Source: Chrysemys picta bellii (taxonomy: Eukaryota). From it: a stretch of 64,000 bases of DNA. Below the pieces are notes generated by a model that saw only the letters and a list, made by a program, of their open reading frames with translations, searched no databases and was not told the DNA's origin. Of the stretch, positions 45,350 through 57,845 are shown in pieces. The stretch is taken from assembly GCF_011386835.1 (NCBI RefSeq), contig NC_088802.1:54126001-54190000 (forward strand), in the 5' to 3' direction. The stretch's first letter is position 1, and each line of letters begins with the position of its first letter. A program made the position numbers and the translations under genes.

Positions 45350-46399
45350 CCCCCCTGCACAGCTGTAAGAGATGGTACTCCTGGCGCAGCAGTGGAAAAA
45401 TCAAGCCCAGGCTAGGAGCAAGCTGGTAACCCACCTCCCTCTGCCAGCTGCTGGGTCCCACCAATTAAGAGTGGCTGTGGGCACCATGGCGACAGAGACC
45501 TGAGTGGTAACTAGCCAGCCCAAGCACTGACACAGCAAAGGCCGTGTTCTCCCAGCATCTATTCTGAACCCTTCTGGCATCCCACGAGTGGCCAGCTAAA
45601 TAATTCATGGTGGCTGGGGGATGCCCCAGCTGACGGGCCCCAGAGCAGTTAAAGAAACGGGCTGCTCACAACGGTGTGGCCAAGCCAGGCTAAGAGGTGA
45701 AGGCCAGAGGCCCAGCACTGCAAAGTTCAGATGAATTCTCAGGTGTGTTTGCCGCTCAAGGCAAAGCCTGGCTACACCACAACCAGCCATACAGCTCGCC
45801 CCAGCCACACAAGGCGGGGTTAGCCCGTTGGCTAAAACTACACCTGTTTAGCCTAGTGCCAACAGGCCCTGGGAGTTAGCCGGAGTCGGAGGTTACTGTC
45901 GCACAGCTCGATGACCCAGCCCCAGCCCCAGCGGTTTGTTTTGCAAGAGCCCTGGAGAACTCAGAGCCACTCCCGAGTTAGCAACAAAGTTAGCCAGAGT
46001 CACTGAGTCGGGGAAACCAACCGCTCTCGCTGCCCACCTCCCCAAGTCAGCCCGAATCCCCAGCCAGAGCCTCTCTCCTCCACAGCTTGGCAGGGCTGCT
46101 GGAAGAGGTAACCCTAGCAGGGCCTTTGTATGCCTGGGCCTGCAGCCCTTTGTTCCATCGCATTTCACTCCGCCAGCCAGCTGGGCAAGTCACCCAGGGC
46201 ACCCAGCAAGGAGCAGCCCCTTCCCACGGGCACCTCGCTCAGGGCACTGGGGGGAGAGGGGGGTGGGCTGCACGCTAGCCATTGTTTGGAGGGGGATAAG
46301 ATGAGAAGAGGAATCAAGGCTGATCTGGCAAGCCTGGGCACAGGGCGGGCACAGCCTGCAAGGGGCCCCTGGCACCTTTCTCTCCTCCTAGCCCAGGAA

Positions 46400-47400
46400 A
46401 TCCCTTCCTGCCGCCCGTCTCTGCCACAGCCCCGCCTGGGCATCCCGGGGCAAGGGGGCCGAGGGCGCACAAAGACCTACTCGGGCCCGGTCTGCGCGCA
46501 TCTCGGTGCCTGCCCCCCCGCGAAAACCCGGGCCCGCTTTCACACAAACAGCCCCTCCCCAAGCGCAGCGCTTGGGTCTCAGCCACCGCCTGCCCGAGGG
46601 CTGGTTTTACCGGGCCGCCCCCCCCCATCAAGGCACCTCCTTTTCTCCCGGCGGAGGCGCCCCCAGCAGCCCCCTCCTCTGCGCGAGCTTCTCAGGGCGC
46701 AAAGTTCTGCCGCGCTGCGCACCCCTCTGCCAGCGCACGCACAGCCGGGGCGCGCAACTCCCGGGCCACCGCCCGCGCCTCGCTCCCCTGCACTTTGCTC
46801 CTGCCCGGCGCGCGAGCCAGAACCACCGCAGTAAATCTCCCGGCCAGTCCCCACCCCTCCCGGCGTTAAAGAGACAGGGCGAGCCAGACAAAAGAGCCCC
46901 GCTCTGGAAATTACCTGGAGCAAACCCCCCCCCCCCCGTTCCCGGATTCCCCCGCCCGCTGGCTACGGCCAAAACCCGGCAGCGGAGGGCCTCTGGCTCC
47001 CGGGGGGGAGAGGGGGTTGGGGAGGGGGACGAGTGCATCCTTTGCCGATGCGTTACAGGAGCCCCCGCCGTTTGCAATCGCTGCTCTTTGCAGGCCAGGC
47101 TCTGGGAAGCCCATTCCGGGCAAGGGCCAGCGGCTGCTAGTTTGTTAGCATTGACTTTGGAGGGGGGGCGGGGCTGGATCAATGTCTCTTTCATTACAAG
47201 GGGGGGGGGGGGCGGACTCCGCACGGGTTCCCGAGGAGAACCAGCTTGGACCATCTCCCAGCCCTCCCCAAGGCGAGCCCGGGTCTGCAGGAGCCGCCTG
47301 GAAGCTCAGCAGGGACACCTTTGACCAGCAAAAGGCAGCCCCTCCCCCACCCTGCCGCTCCCCCCCCCCCCAAAAATCTCATTTCCCTTGAAGCCGCTGA
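46400..47400 (-). promoter_or_regulatory. CpG island, probable CDC42EP4 promoter and non-coding exon 1
   Basis: CpG-rich block 14 kb upstream of the coding exon; - strand donor CGA|GTAGGT at 46481/46480. Confidence 0.55.
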
Positions 47401-48039
47401 GCAAAGAGCAGCGATGGGGGAAAATCCCATGGCACGAACCCCTCTGCAGCCAGTCCCCGCAGTGCAAACTGGCTCCACTCCCATTGTGTCCCTACAACCC
47501 CCTTCCCGCCCCCCAAGCCTGGGAACCCCTCTGCCCCGCCGGGGCTGTGCAGGGTGGGTACCTACCTAGTCACAAGCCCCTGCCCGTCTCCCAGGCAGGC
47601 TTTGTCCCCTCAGTGCTCCGCGCTCCCCTCCCGTCTCTCCAGCCCATGTCAGGTTCCAAGCTTGTTTCGGCTCCGGATTGAAACGGATCATCCCGGCGCT
47701 CCCCACTCCTTCGGGGATGATGTCATGGCTCGGCCAGGGCCAATGGGGCTCGGCGGCGTCACAGGGGCAGCCCCGGGCTCCTCCATTCAAACCGTGCATG
47801 GCTCCGACTCTCGGGTCCATGTGGCGGGCAGGGAGGGGAGCAAGAGGCCAGCTCATTTGGAGAGCCGGGTTGCCCAATGCTGGATTGCCCCGAGTCATGT
47901 TCACACGGCTCTGCATCAGGAGGGAGGGGAGAGCGGGGCAGACGGGGTCACACATGCCACTTAGTCAGTGCTTTCCCAGCAGCAGGGTGAGGCAAAACTG
48001 TCTGAAACCCTGGAGAACAAAGAGACACTGTTACCAACG

Positions 48040-48162
48040 CGAAGAAAACAAGGAGTCCAGTGGCACCTTAAAGCTTATGCCCAAATAAATCGGTTCGTCT
48101 TTAAGGTGCCACCGGACTCCTTGTTTTTGTGGATACGGACTAATACGGCTACCCTTGATACT
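48040..48162. mobile_element. Internally deleted Penelope-like terminal palindrome
   Basis: 27-bp inverted arms 48047-48073 / 48099-48125 (one mismatch), followed by GATACGGACTAATACGGCTACC tail; family assignment from memory. Confidence 0.55.
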
Positions 48163-48173
48163 TGTTACTAACG

Positions 48174-48532
48174 CGGTGGTTCTCAAGCAGGGGGCCGTCT
48201 GCGGTCCCCTGGGGAGCCGTGAGTGGGTTTCATGGGGTCCGCCAAGCAAGGCTGGTATTAGACTCGCTAGGGCCCAGGCCAGAAAGCCGAAGACCCGCCA
48301 CGTGGGATGACAGCCCGGTCCCCGAGCCTCACCTCCCGGGGCTGAAGCCAAAGCCTGGGCAACTTAGCTTCACGGTGTGCCCCCTGCGGTGTGGGCCCCT
48401 GGGCCATTGTCCTGCTCGCTAACCCGTAACGCCGGCCCTGGTAGAAAAACAGGGGTTGTGGCACAGTTGGACAGAGGGGTTTTTATAGCATGTTGTGGGG
48501 GGGCTTGGAAAGAAAAAGGTTGAGAACCCCCG
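48174..48532. mobile_element. hAT non-autonomous element
   Basis: Ends CGGTGGTTCTCAAGC / GGTTGAGAACCCCCG; degenerate TSD with CTAA core; reverse relative of 41554-41902. Confidence 0.75.
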
Positions 48533-48617
48533 GCCTAATGAGTGTTCAACTTTCTATTAACCCCATGGCTGTCTCGGGGCTGGCAGTGAGTGTCTTTGGG
48601 TATGAAGTAGAGTTTGT

Positions 48618-48642
48618 ACACACACACACACACACACACACA
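48618..48642. repeat. (AC)12 microsatellite
   Basis: Direct reading. Confidence 0.95.
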
Positions 48643-48836
48643 AAGAAACAAACACTGTACTGTCATATATGTCTCTATTTTTATTGCCCCAATGTTCATG
48701 GCCTTGTGGCTCCAGCCCAGCACCGGGAGTCAGGACACCTGGGTTCTTCTATGCTAGACTGCAACAGATTTGCTGTGTGACTACAGGCATATCCCTTCCC
48801 CTCTCTGTGCTGGGGGGCCGGGGGGTGGGGGGGATC

Positions 48837-49125
48837 CAGTATTGTCAGGCTCACCAAAAATCACAAGATTGGCTTTAAAATCATGAGATTATGTAAAAAA
48901 ATAGACGTGAGGTTCTTTTTTTATTGGCCTTCTTCTTTTTGAGCGTTTCGGGTGCACTGGGGTCACGTTTGGAAGCTTTCTCCACAGCCACAAGTGTTAG
49001 AAACTTACTTTTCCTTTAGGAATAAAGGTTGAAATCATCCCATATCCACTTGACTCCAGGAGCTGGGGCTTCAAGGAAACAATAATTATCATGAGGCTCA
49101 TGACACATTACAGCTGGGAGCAAGC
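48837..49125 (-). mobile_element. hAT-like non-autonomous element (family of 9028-9345)
   Basis: Reverse-complement similarity to 9028-9345; end CAGTATTGTC. Confidence 0.5.
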
Positions 49126-49770
49126 CCCCCCAACCTGGGTGACAGAAACTTGCTGGTTCTGCTGGAGCTAGCGCTGTGAAAACAGCGGCATGGGTGCAGC
49201 CCGAGGACTGACCCAAGGGGTTGGACGAGCTTGTACTCGTCCGGCCTGCAACGTTCACATCACTGTGCTTGAGCTAGCCCGTCTGTCTGCCTCTGCTGGG
49301 AAGCAAGCTGCCAGCTGTGCTGTAGAAACCCCTTAAGTTTCTCGGTCTCTAAAATGGGCCTAAAGATATTCATTGCGCTCTTCACTGCGGGGTGTTGTGA
49401 GCTGTTATTCACTCACCAGGCACGTTGGGAACTTCAAGTGGAAGGAGCTATGAGAAAATACTGTCATTGCAAAGCTGCGTGTGACTGGGGAAGTTCTGAG
49501 TTATTGCTAACAAAACACAGGAAGAGAAAACGGTCATGTTTCAGGGGTTTAGCAAAGCTCTTAAGGATTAGGATGAGACCTTCATGGGGGGCAGATGATT
49601 GCACATCTGCCTGCTGTGGGGTTTCCTGCCCTTCCTCTGAAGTCTCTGGTGGCAGCGACTGAGATGGGTGGCCCATGGGTCTGCTCCAGTCTGGCAGGTC
49701 CTTTGTTTTTAAGTGCCCATGCATGCAAATGCAGCAAAAGCTGATTTGCACCCAGCAGGAGCTCACGTGT

Positions 49771-50170
49771 AGCCTTGGATGCTGACTGTAGTGCTGTAGT
49801 GTAGATGCTGTGCCAATGTAGTGCTGTAGTGTAGACACTGTCCCAATGTAGTGCTGTAGTGTAGATGCTGTGCTGCTGTAGTGTAGACGCTGTGCCGATG
49901 TAGTGCTGTAGTGTAGACACTGTGCTGCTGTAGTGCCGTAGTGTAGACGCTGTGCTGCTGTAGTGCTGCAATGTAGACACTTTCTACATAGGTGGAAAGG
50001 GTTTTTTCTGTTGCTATAGTTAACCCACCTCTCTGCAAGGCAGTAGCTAGGTGGACGGAAGAATCCTTCCACCAACCGAGCTGAATCTACACCGGGGGTT
50101 AGGTCGATCTAACTGTAGTGCTCAGGGCCCGAGCAGCATAGCTAGTTCGATGTAACTTTTAAGTGTAGCC
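49771..50170. mobile_element. Palindromic MITE (Harbinger-like) with an internal ~31-bp tandem expansion (49788-49980)
   Basis: Six to seven copies of GTAGTGCTGTAGTGTAGA(C/T)(A/G)CTGTGC..; right end TAAGTGTAGCCCAGG; left boundary uncertain. Confidence 0.6.
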
Positions 50171-50624
50171 CAGGTCCGGGCACAGAGAAGTTAAGTGGCT
50201 TGCCTGTGGGCATACAGCAAGTCATTGGCAGGGATTAGAATGCGCTCAGACCTGTGCTCTGTCCTCGAACTCAGTTGCCTCTCAGACGTTAGCATTGTCC
50301 TCTGAGACTGCAAAAGGAATTCTTCCATTTTCACCAGGATGGCAGCCACTGGAGGGTTGCAAAAGCAAACTCAGTTTAATGTCTCATCTGCTAGATCTGT
50401 TTATTACTGATGGTGGCTCCTCTGCCTCTGGGGAATTAGCTCATTATGACTGAGCCATATTGTTTCTCACACGGGCACGGGAACAAAGCATGGCACAAAC
50501 GGTGCACGGCTGGGCTTTGCAGACAAGGAATGCATCAGACCTCAGGGACCGAAGGATACACCCCTGCCTTGAGGCCGTCCTTGGCTGTGTGCTGCGTGTA
50601 GTGAGTGCCTACGGTGAAAGGTCC

Positions 50625-50800
50625 AGGATTCTCAAAGCACTTTGCAAAGGAGGGATATACACTATTATCCCCATTTTACAGCTGAGGAGACTGAGGCAGA
50701 GGAAAGCTGAAGTGACTTTCCCACGGGCAAAGGCTGAGCCAATGGCAGAGCTAGGACTGGACTCCACCTTGGCTAAATGCTAGCCTGGGGCTCTACCCAC
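50625..50800 (-). mobile_element. MIR/CORE-SINE
   Basis: CCCCATTTTACAGCTGAGGAGACTGAGGCAGAG..AAGTGACTTTCCC. Confidence 0.75.
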
Positions 50801-51739
50801 TGCCCCACGCTGGTTCCCTGGTCATTGGCTGATAAATAACCGTTTGTATACACAGTGCTAACTACATTTAACTCTACCCTCCCAGCCCAAAGCTGCTGCA
50901 TCGCGGGGCGCTGGCAGGAGAGCGTGTTCACATGACACAGCCCAGTCAGGAGGAATTAGAATCAATCGCCCGAGCGGGGCTGGTGGGGAGACGGCTGACG
51001 TTAGGCTGCAGCCGGAGGGGCAGCTGGACTTTGCAGGAGTGCAACGCGCAGGCACCCACTGACCTCGAAAAACTGCCAGTCAGCGCCGGGCGCTCCCAAC
51101 CCGCCCCAGCTCTGCTTTGGCTCCAGGCTGCACAGAGCCTCCTGGACCCAGCCTGCGGGAACAGCAGCGAGGTTTGTCTGCGGGCACTGGTGTTTCAAGG
51201 CTCGGGAGCAGGGGTGTGGGCGGGGCGAGCTGAATCAATAACCGCCCCCCCACCCCCCGAGCTCGTTGCTGGGTTTCTTTCACGGCTTCTCGGAACACTC
51301 TTAAAAGAAGTGTCAAGAAACCAATTAAACAGCGCTGCTCACAAGGCCAAAGAGAATGTGCCAGCCCATGGCAGCAGCTGCTGCCCCGTCATTCCTCCAA
51401 GAACTGTAATTGAGCGGGCAAGACAATGGCATGCCAGGCTTGTCTCACTAGATTGTTGTCAGGGGCACCGGAGGCCCTTTCAGAACAGCACAGCCGGAGA
51501 GAGGCAGCTTCCCATCAAGCCCACATGGGAAAACCAGAACGAACCCGGTTTGGTTTACATATGAGCATAGGCATGGCCAGACTGGATCAGCCCCTAGCTC
51601 GGCAGTCTGGCTCGCCACCAGGGACCAGATGCTCCAGGGGAAGGTTCAAGGAACCCTGCAGGAGGCAGCTGTGGGATAATCTGGCTCCCCCTGAAGGCCT
51701 CAGCCTGCTCCCTAATGGAGATGGGTTTAAACCCTGGAA

Positions 51740-51990
51740 CATGAGGGATTTTAAATCTCCCTTCTAACACGCTTTTGTTCACATGCACTATTACAACTCT
51801 GGCGGTCCTTGTTATCCACATGAATGTCCAATCTGTCTTTGAAGCTTGGTAAATTCTTGGCCTCAATGACATCCTGTGGCAGAGAGTTCCACAGGCTAAC
51901 CACACGCTGGGCCAAAAGCAGTTCCTGTGCCTAGTTTTGAATTTGCCACCTTTTGAGTTCATTGCTTGTCCCTGCTCTCTTCTCCACCTG
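51740..51990 (-). mobile_element. CR1 LINE 3' fragment, degraded
   Basis: Frameshifted GKFKTRHRNCF / LWNSLPQDV remnants of the ORF2 C-terminus. Confidence 0.6.
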
Positions 51991-54868
51991 GGTGGGCTTT
52001 TCTTGTTTAGTCTTTGAAATGGGGGAGTGAATTCCATGGTGGTGGTGACGGACGAGTGATGTTGGTCTCAGAGCTTTGTTGGGGCACCTCCCCGCTCGCC
52101 ACACCCGAGGCAAAATATCCAAGCTCCAGGGAATGATGTACAGACTCAGCCATATAGGTAACTATCAACAGCCCTTCAGCTATTACCACGTGACTAATTA
52201 AAAGCTGTTCAAGGACTGAGGGGAAATCAATGGATTTAACCCTGCTGGCTGGGACGGCGGTTTAGAGGATGTCCCTTTGTTGTGGGTGAGTGCTTGTGTG
52301 CACTGGAGTGAGTGCACATGTTGGATTCATAGATCCCTCACCCATCCCTGCCTTCACCGGTAGCATGAAGCAATGGGTCTGACTGTGATGCCAGGATGCA
52401 AACTCAGCCGCCGAAATTCCATACAGAGCCACATGCCTGCCGAGACGCAGAGCTGGCTCCAATCTCTGCTCGGGGGGGGGGGATGAGTGTGGGTGGGCAG
52501 GGGGCTGAAGCTACAGTCCAGTGTTGTGTGAGGACCGGGCTCCTTCAGGGACGCAGCCTAGCGGGGAGCTGACTAAGTAGCCCATGAGCAGCGGAGGGCA
52601 AGGCACAGGGGGCCGTGCAGCTGTGGGCTTTACCCCGGTCTCACTGCACGGTCTCTCTGCGAACTGCAGGCTTGGTGCATGGCCGGGCAGCTCCAGCCAG
52701 CCGGGGTGGCATTCTGACAGGGGGCACGAGCCGGGCCTGCTTGAACCCCTGTGGAAAACCTTGGGGCTAATCCCCCAGGGGTGTAAATGGCGCGGGTCAC
52801 GCAAAAAATGGGCAGGGATGGTGCAAACCAAGTCTGACTTACACATGGACGGCCCCTCCCACCCCACACGTCTTCCCTGCGTGTCACCCACTGGGTTCGA
52901 TTCCAAGGTCACCGGGTTCACTTTAGGCCTTAAAGTGGCCGTGACCATCCCCCTGAGAGTCTCCCCGACCCCCAGTGCTGGAGGTTCCCCAGGCACTAGG
53001 GCCCTGCTTCTCCCTCGTGGCGCAGGGGACAGACTGGGGCCATGACTGCACTGCCCTATGGCTTGTCTCTGATCCCCAGGGGATCTTGGGCAGCGGAGGC
53101 TGGGCATACGTTAGAGCAGCCCTGAAACTGCTCTAAATTACAGCAGGGTGGGGCTCTGTCCCCGAGCCCCCCCTGTCCACATCCTCCAGGGGAGGACAAG
53201 CCTCACTGAGAATCCCCGCCCTTGTCATACCCTGACCTGTTCAGCTTGCCACGCTACATTCACCCTCTCCTAGCGCCGGGCAGGAATTGCACTGTCTGCC
53301 TCGCACAAAAGCAAAACTAGTGCAAGTGATTCTGCTTGCAGGCCAGGAAAGTGCAAGGGGCGCTGACCTGTAACTCTCGCCCACACGGGTGTGACTGCAG
53401 GCTGTGGTCTCAGGGACCTGTTTGCTTTGGCCAGCCTGGAGAAAAGCAGATTAGGATCCTTGGTGTTGAAGGGGCCGATCCAGGTACCCAGGGGACACCC
53501 CCCCCCTTACTATTGTATTCACGGCACAAGGCTCCGGGCCTTTGACGTAGTCACTTACACCAAAGCCAAGTTCTGCTCTTGGAAACTTGCTAATGTCACC
53601 AAAAATTCACAGCAGCGGGAGCCGCCGCAGGGCCCAATCCCTGGGTCGCGCCTGTCACGGCTGGGGCTCCAACGGCAGCTGGAGGGAGCCATCGGAGGAT
53701 CAAGCCGGGTTCCTTCTGACATGATGTGACGTGACGTGGTTGGTGGCGCAGGGCGGGAGGCTCGAAGGAACAGGCATCCTCGTTAGAGCTGATACTGTAG
53801 GGCAACACCGGGCAGGAGATAACCTCGCTGCTCCTTAGCCGGTGCAGGAGACCTTGGCTTCACGTCCCTCCCGTGAAGGACGGCGTCACTAGACAGAGCT
53901 GGTGCTGGGTAGTGCCAGCTCAAGGTCTGGGGTGGGTCCCTTTGCCCATCCCCGGAGGCCCGTTGGGGCCAGGCGCCAGACCGAATCAGGGCAGCCCCGG
54001 GACAAGTGAGGTGCAAGATGACTCCGCCCTGGGTTCTGCAGCAGGGCAGGGCTGCATCGCATTGAATCTAAAGCAACCCTGGGAATCTCAAAGCCTTTTA
54101 TCAACTGCCTCGTGGCAGAGCCGTAACCGCTGGGGTCCTGGCCTGTGGGCAGAGCCCAGTCCGCCACTGGCATCAGAGGGATGGGGGTTTGGCTGCCAGT
54201 CCGGAAGGAAGGCCGGGGTTGAGGTTTGCATACATGGGGCATCGGCTCTACTACCACATGCCCTCCTTTGCATACCTACGATACGCCCAGCCAGAACACT
54301 ACAGGGCAAGTGGCTGTTTGGTGCCTCCTGTGCAGGTGCCAGGCAGGCACAGATCCAGCTTCCACTCCCGCCTAGTCGCCAAGACAGGGTGCATGGCCTG
54401 GGAAATAGCCCCTCGGTGAGCCTGGAGGCATCAGGCCACTTTTGATCCGCAGTGAGCACAATTCAGCCAGAGCAGAGGACCCTGCTGCCTGGGATCTGAG
54501 TGACTGGTTCACAATCCCCCGAGTGCTGCGAGAAGGGGAGCCCCGGCCTTTTCCTTAGTGGTGTGAGCGCTGACCTCTTGGCATCCGGATAAGGTAGCAG
54601 CAGGGGGCCGGGGCTCTGGTCTGCCAGGACCGCTCCCTTCCCCAGAGCTCTGCCTGCGGAATTGCTCACCTTCCCCTCTTCTCTGGTTTGCAAACTGCTG
54701 ATAAGCGACTGTGTTTTGCCCTTGGGAGAAGCTCAAGTCATAACAGTGCAAAACTCCGGAGGCCCCACGCTGATCCAAGGAGACAGCTCGCTCTCCCGTT
54801 ACTCCCTTGTACGCACGGGCTGAGTGTGTCTGCAAAGCCCAGTGCCTGGCAGCGAATGCCAAGGCAAG

Positions 54869-54979
54869 TAGGGTGACCAGAGAGCAAGTGTGAAAAATCG
54901 GGATGGGGTAATAGGAGCCTATATAAAAGACCCAAAAATTGGGACTGTCCCTATAAAATCAGGACATCTGGTCTCCGTA
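54869..54979. mobile_element. hAT (Blackjack-like) MITE
   Basis: TIR TAGGGTGACCAGA / TCTGGTCTCCGTA; perfect 8-bp TSD AAGGCAAG. Confidence 0.9.
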
Positions 54980-57177
54980 AAGGCAAGTGACAGTCTAAGA
55001 CCCGTGCTGGTGAATTCCCGGTGGCCGTGTGGGGGTTGTATGGGGGGGGAGTCGTATAAATCTTGCTCCCCCGTCAAGCTGCCTCCCTGTTTCTCAGCAG
55101 TCCCGGGCGCAGCGTGCACTGTTTGTACGGGCATGGGGGGGTGTCTTGTCTCAGGCAGCATCAGACACGGGGCACTAGCAATCAGCCCATCACCTGATGG
55201 GGCAGAGGGGTCAAAACGAACCCTGCCGTCGCCAGTTGCAATATTTGAAATAAAAAGATGAAGCTTCCCGGTGGTGGGGTTGGACGGACACTGAAGCCAA
55301 TGCTGACGGTGAGCCGGGGGTCACAACGCTTTTGGGCAGAAATCCTCTCCGTATCCGGCTGAGCAGCGATGGCACCATCGCAGAGAGCGGTACCTTCCAG
55401 GGGAGCGGCGCTCACAAGGTCTTATGCTCCAGCCAGTGAGACAGTTCTGTGTGTGTGGGTGTGTACAGATACACTATAAACACCATCTGGACCAACAGGG
55501 GCTTTCGGTCAGGTTTTCCCCTCGCCCGGTACTTTCCCAGAGGTTGTCAGCACCAGCAAAGAGCGAAATTCAACAGAGGTCCCACCACAGAGCCACTCCT
55601 GCTAGCGGCAATGAGCTGCCTGCGGCATTCGGACTGGGCACCGCTCCCAGATACAGCTGCTCTGCTCCGAGCTCTCCCGCCAGAGCAGTTGGGCTCGGGG
55701 TCTCTGTGCCTCTCATTCGGGGTGCAGTGCAGCCCAGGGCAGAGGGCCAGCCCAAGGCGTTAAGCAGCGCATAGGCCTTGGGCCAGCTCTCTGCACGGGC
55801 TGGATGTCACCCGGGTAGCAGAAGCACCTTAGCGGACAGGGGCCGGTGCCTGTCGAGTGACTGCGCTTGCAGCCGGGCTCTGGCTGTATGTGCAGTGCAG
55901 AGACATCAAAGCAGCAAGGCCTCCCTGGAGAATCGGGCTTTACCCAGAGCTGGAAAGCAGCCCCCGGGGCCCCTGGAAAGGGCCTGGGGGAGGTTCATTC
56001 ACCAAGCGACCCGGGCTGGGATGTGGCGATGAACGAGGGCCGCTCCAGATGTGTTGCCGTGGAAACGGCAGATGCTCAGTGCAGTGGCCACAAGGCTGGT
56101 GCTCGGAGGGGGAGGGGGAGGCCTGGGATTTGTCTCACGCTGGACTTGGCATTGCATTTCGCCCGCCGTTCCTTCCCCTCCCCCCGAGCGCCTCGCAGGA
56201 GGGTTTAATCCAGGGACGGGGCCAGCCTGGATGCACAATCGCCCAGGCCTGGGACTGGCCTTTGAAAGCAGGGGCTGGAAGGAAGGAGACGTGTGGCCCC
56301 CGAATCTCAGTCCAGCTGCAAACGCATCCTGCCGGACAGCCAATAAAGGGGGCCTTTGCCGAGGCAGCTTCGGCAGCCGGTTCCAGGCCCCCCATCCTCA
56401 GGCAGAGTCACCAACGTCCTTCTGGGCTCCCTTTAGGCTTGTACTTTTCCAGTCAAACTTGGTCATGACGCGCAACGGCTCAGCCCACACCTGAATTAAA
56501 GCCCCTTTCCCCCCTTCACACACCACCGGCTAGTGGCAGTGGGGAAACTCAGCGGTGGGGGGCTCCAGCTGTTTGCTTTGCTGCCCCATAAGCACCACCA
56601 CCTTCCAAGGAGGCCAGCAGGCTCTGGGTGGGGGTGCTGCTCGCCGGTCTGCAGCCCATGGGGGCTAGGGATGGGTGGGTCGCAGGGATCTCTCAGGGGC
56701 CAGGCTGGGGCTTCACGCCAGCACGAGCAGGAGCCAAGGGGCAGGCCGAGACACAAGGTGGGATTTTCTCTGCTTGGACTGAAGCGTAGACTGCTCAGCG
56801 CAGTTTCCAGTGGATGGGAAACAAGAGGAAAGGCAGCGGAAATCGAAATCCCAGCTCTTTCCTAGCGCTTCCAACGCGCGGCTCAGCAGCCGATTTGAAG
56901 CTCCCAGGAGGCAAACCCAAAATGCAAATAAATACTTACCACCTGCCAGGCAGCAGGGCCCTTTATGAAGATCTGGGCTGACCTGCGTGACAGGCCACAG
57001 ACCCTCCGCCAAGAACCTCTGCCTCGAGCCTGTCACTCCCGTTCGCGCTACAGCCAGGCTTGAGTTAAAGCCATCAAATGACGAAGGCTCCACCCCTTCC
57101 TTGGGTGAGATGTTCCCAGATAACTTTCTAAGGCCGGTTTTCCACACCAGGTGTCATTTCTGTAGCACTTTGCTGAC

Positions 57178-57341
57178 TCCTAGGGAGGTGGTGGAATCTC
57201 CTTCCTTAGAGGTTTTTAAGGTCAGGCTTGACAAAGCCCTGGCTGGGATGATTTAGTTGGGGGTTGGTCCTGCTTTGAGCAGGGGGTGGGACTAGAACCT
57301 CCTGAGGTCCCTTCCAACCCTGATCTTCTATGAGTCTATGA
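57178..57341 (+). mobile_element. 5'-truncated CR1 LINE, well-preserved 3' end
   Basis: ORF2 end PREVVESPSLEVFKVRLDKALAGMI*, 3' UTR GAGGTCCCTTCCAACCC, terminal (TTCTATGA)-like octamers. Confidence 0.9.
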
Positions 57342-57344
57342 ATC

Positions 57345-57845
57345 TTTGCCAGTTTTTCACCCACCTTCCTGGCAGTGCAGACCCCAGGGCTGGACAGAGT
57401 ATCCTCGAAATGGGCTCACTAATGTCATATCCCCGCTCTACTGCTCGCCACTTCCCTCCGTATGGCCTCCTCACGCCAGGAGCTCATGTGCAGTTACTTG
57501 CGACCAGAACCCCTAAGTCCTTTTCAGCGTCACTGCATTCCAGGGTCGTGTCGCCCACCCTCCCCATGTAACCTACAGCCTTTGCTTCTCCATCTAGGCC
57601 CTTGCCTTGGGCCGTGTTCAAATGCCCGGTGTTCAAAGAAGCCACCTTAGCGCGAAATCCATCATCATTTACCTTCCACCTGCTCACTTCCCCAGCAATG
57701 ATTTTATATTTTCTTCCCGATCATTAATAAAGCTATTGAAGGGTCCCGGGCGGATCCTTGCGAGAACCCCCTCCCGCCCTCGGATGATGATTCATTTACA
57801 ATGACGTTTTGTGAGCTGGCCGTTAACCAGTTTCTAATCCACTGC
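57345..57845 (-). mobile_element. Old CR1 ORF2 fragment
   Basis: TLECSDAEKDLGVLV remnant of a conserved CR1 RT C-terminal motif; heavily frameshifted. Confidence 0.65.
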
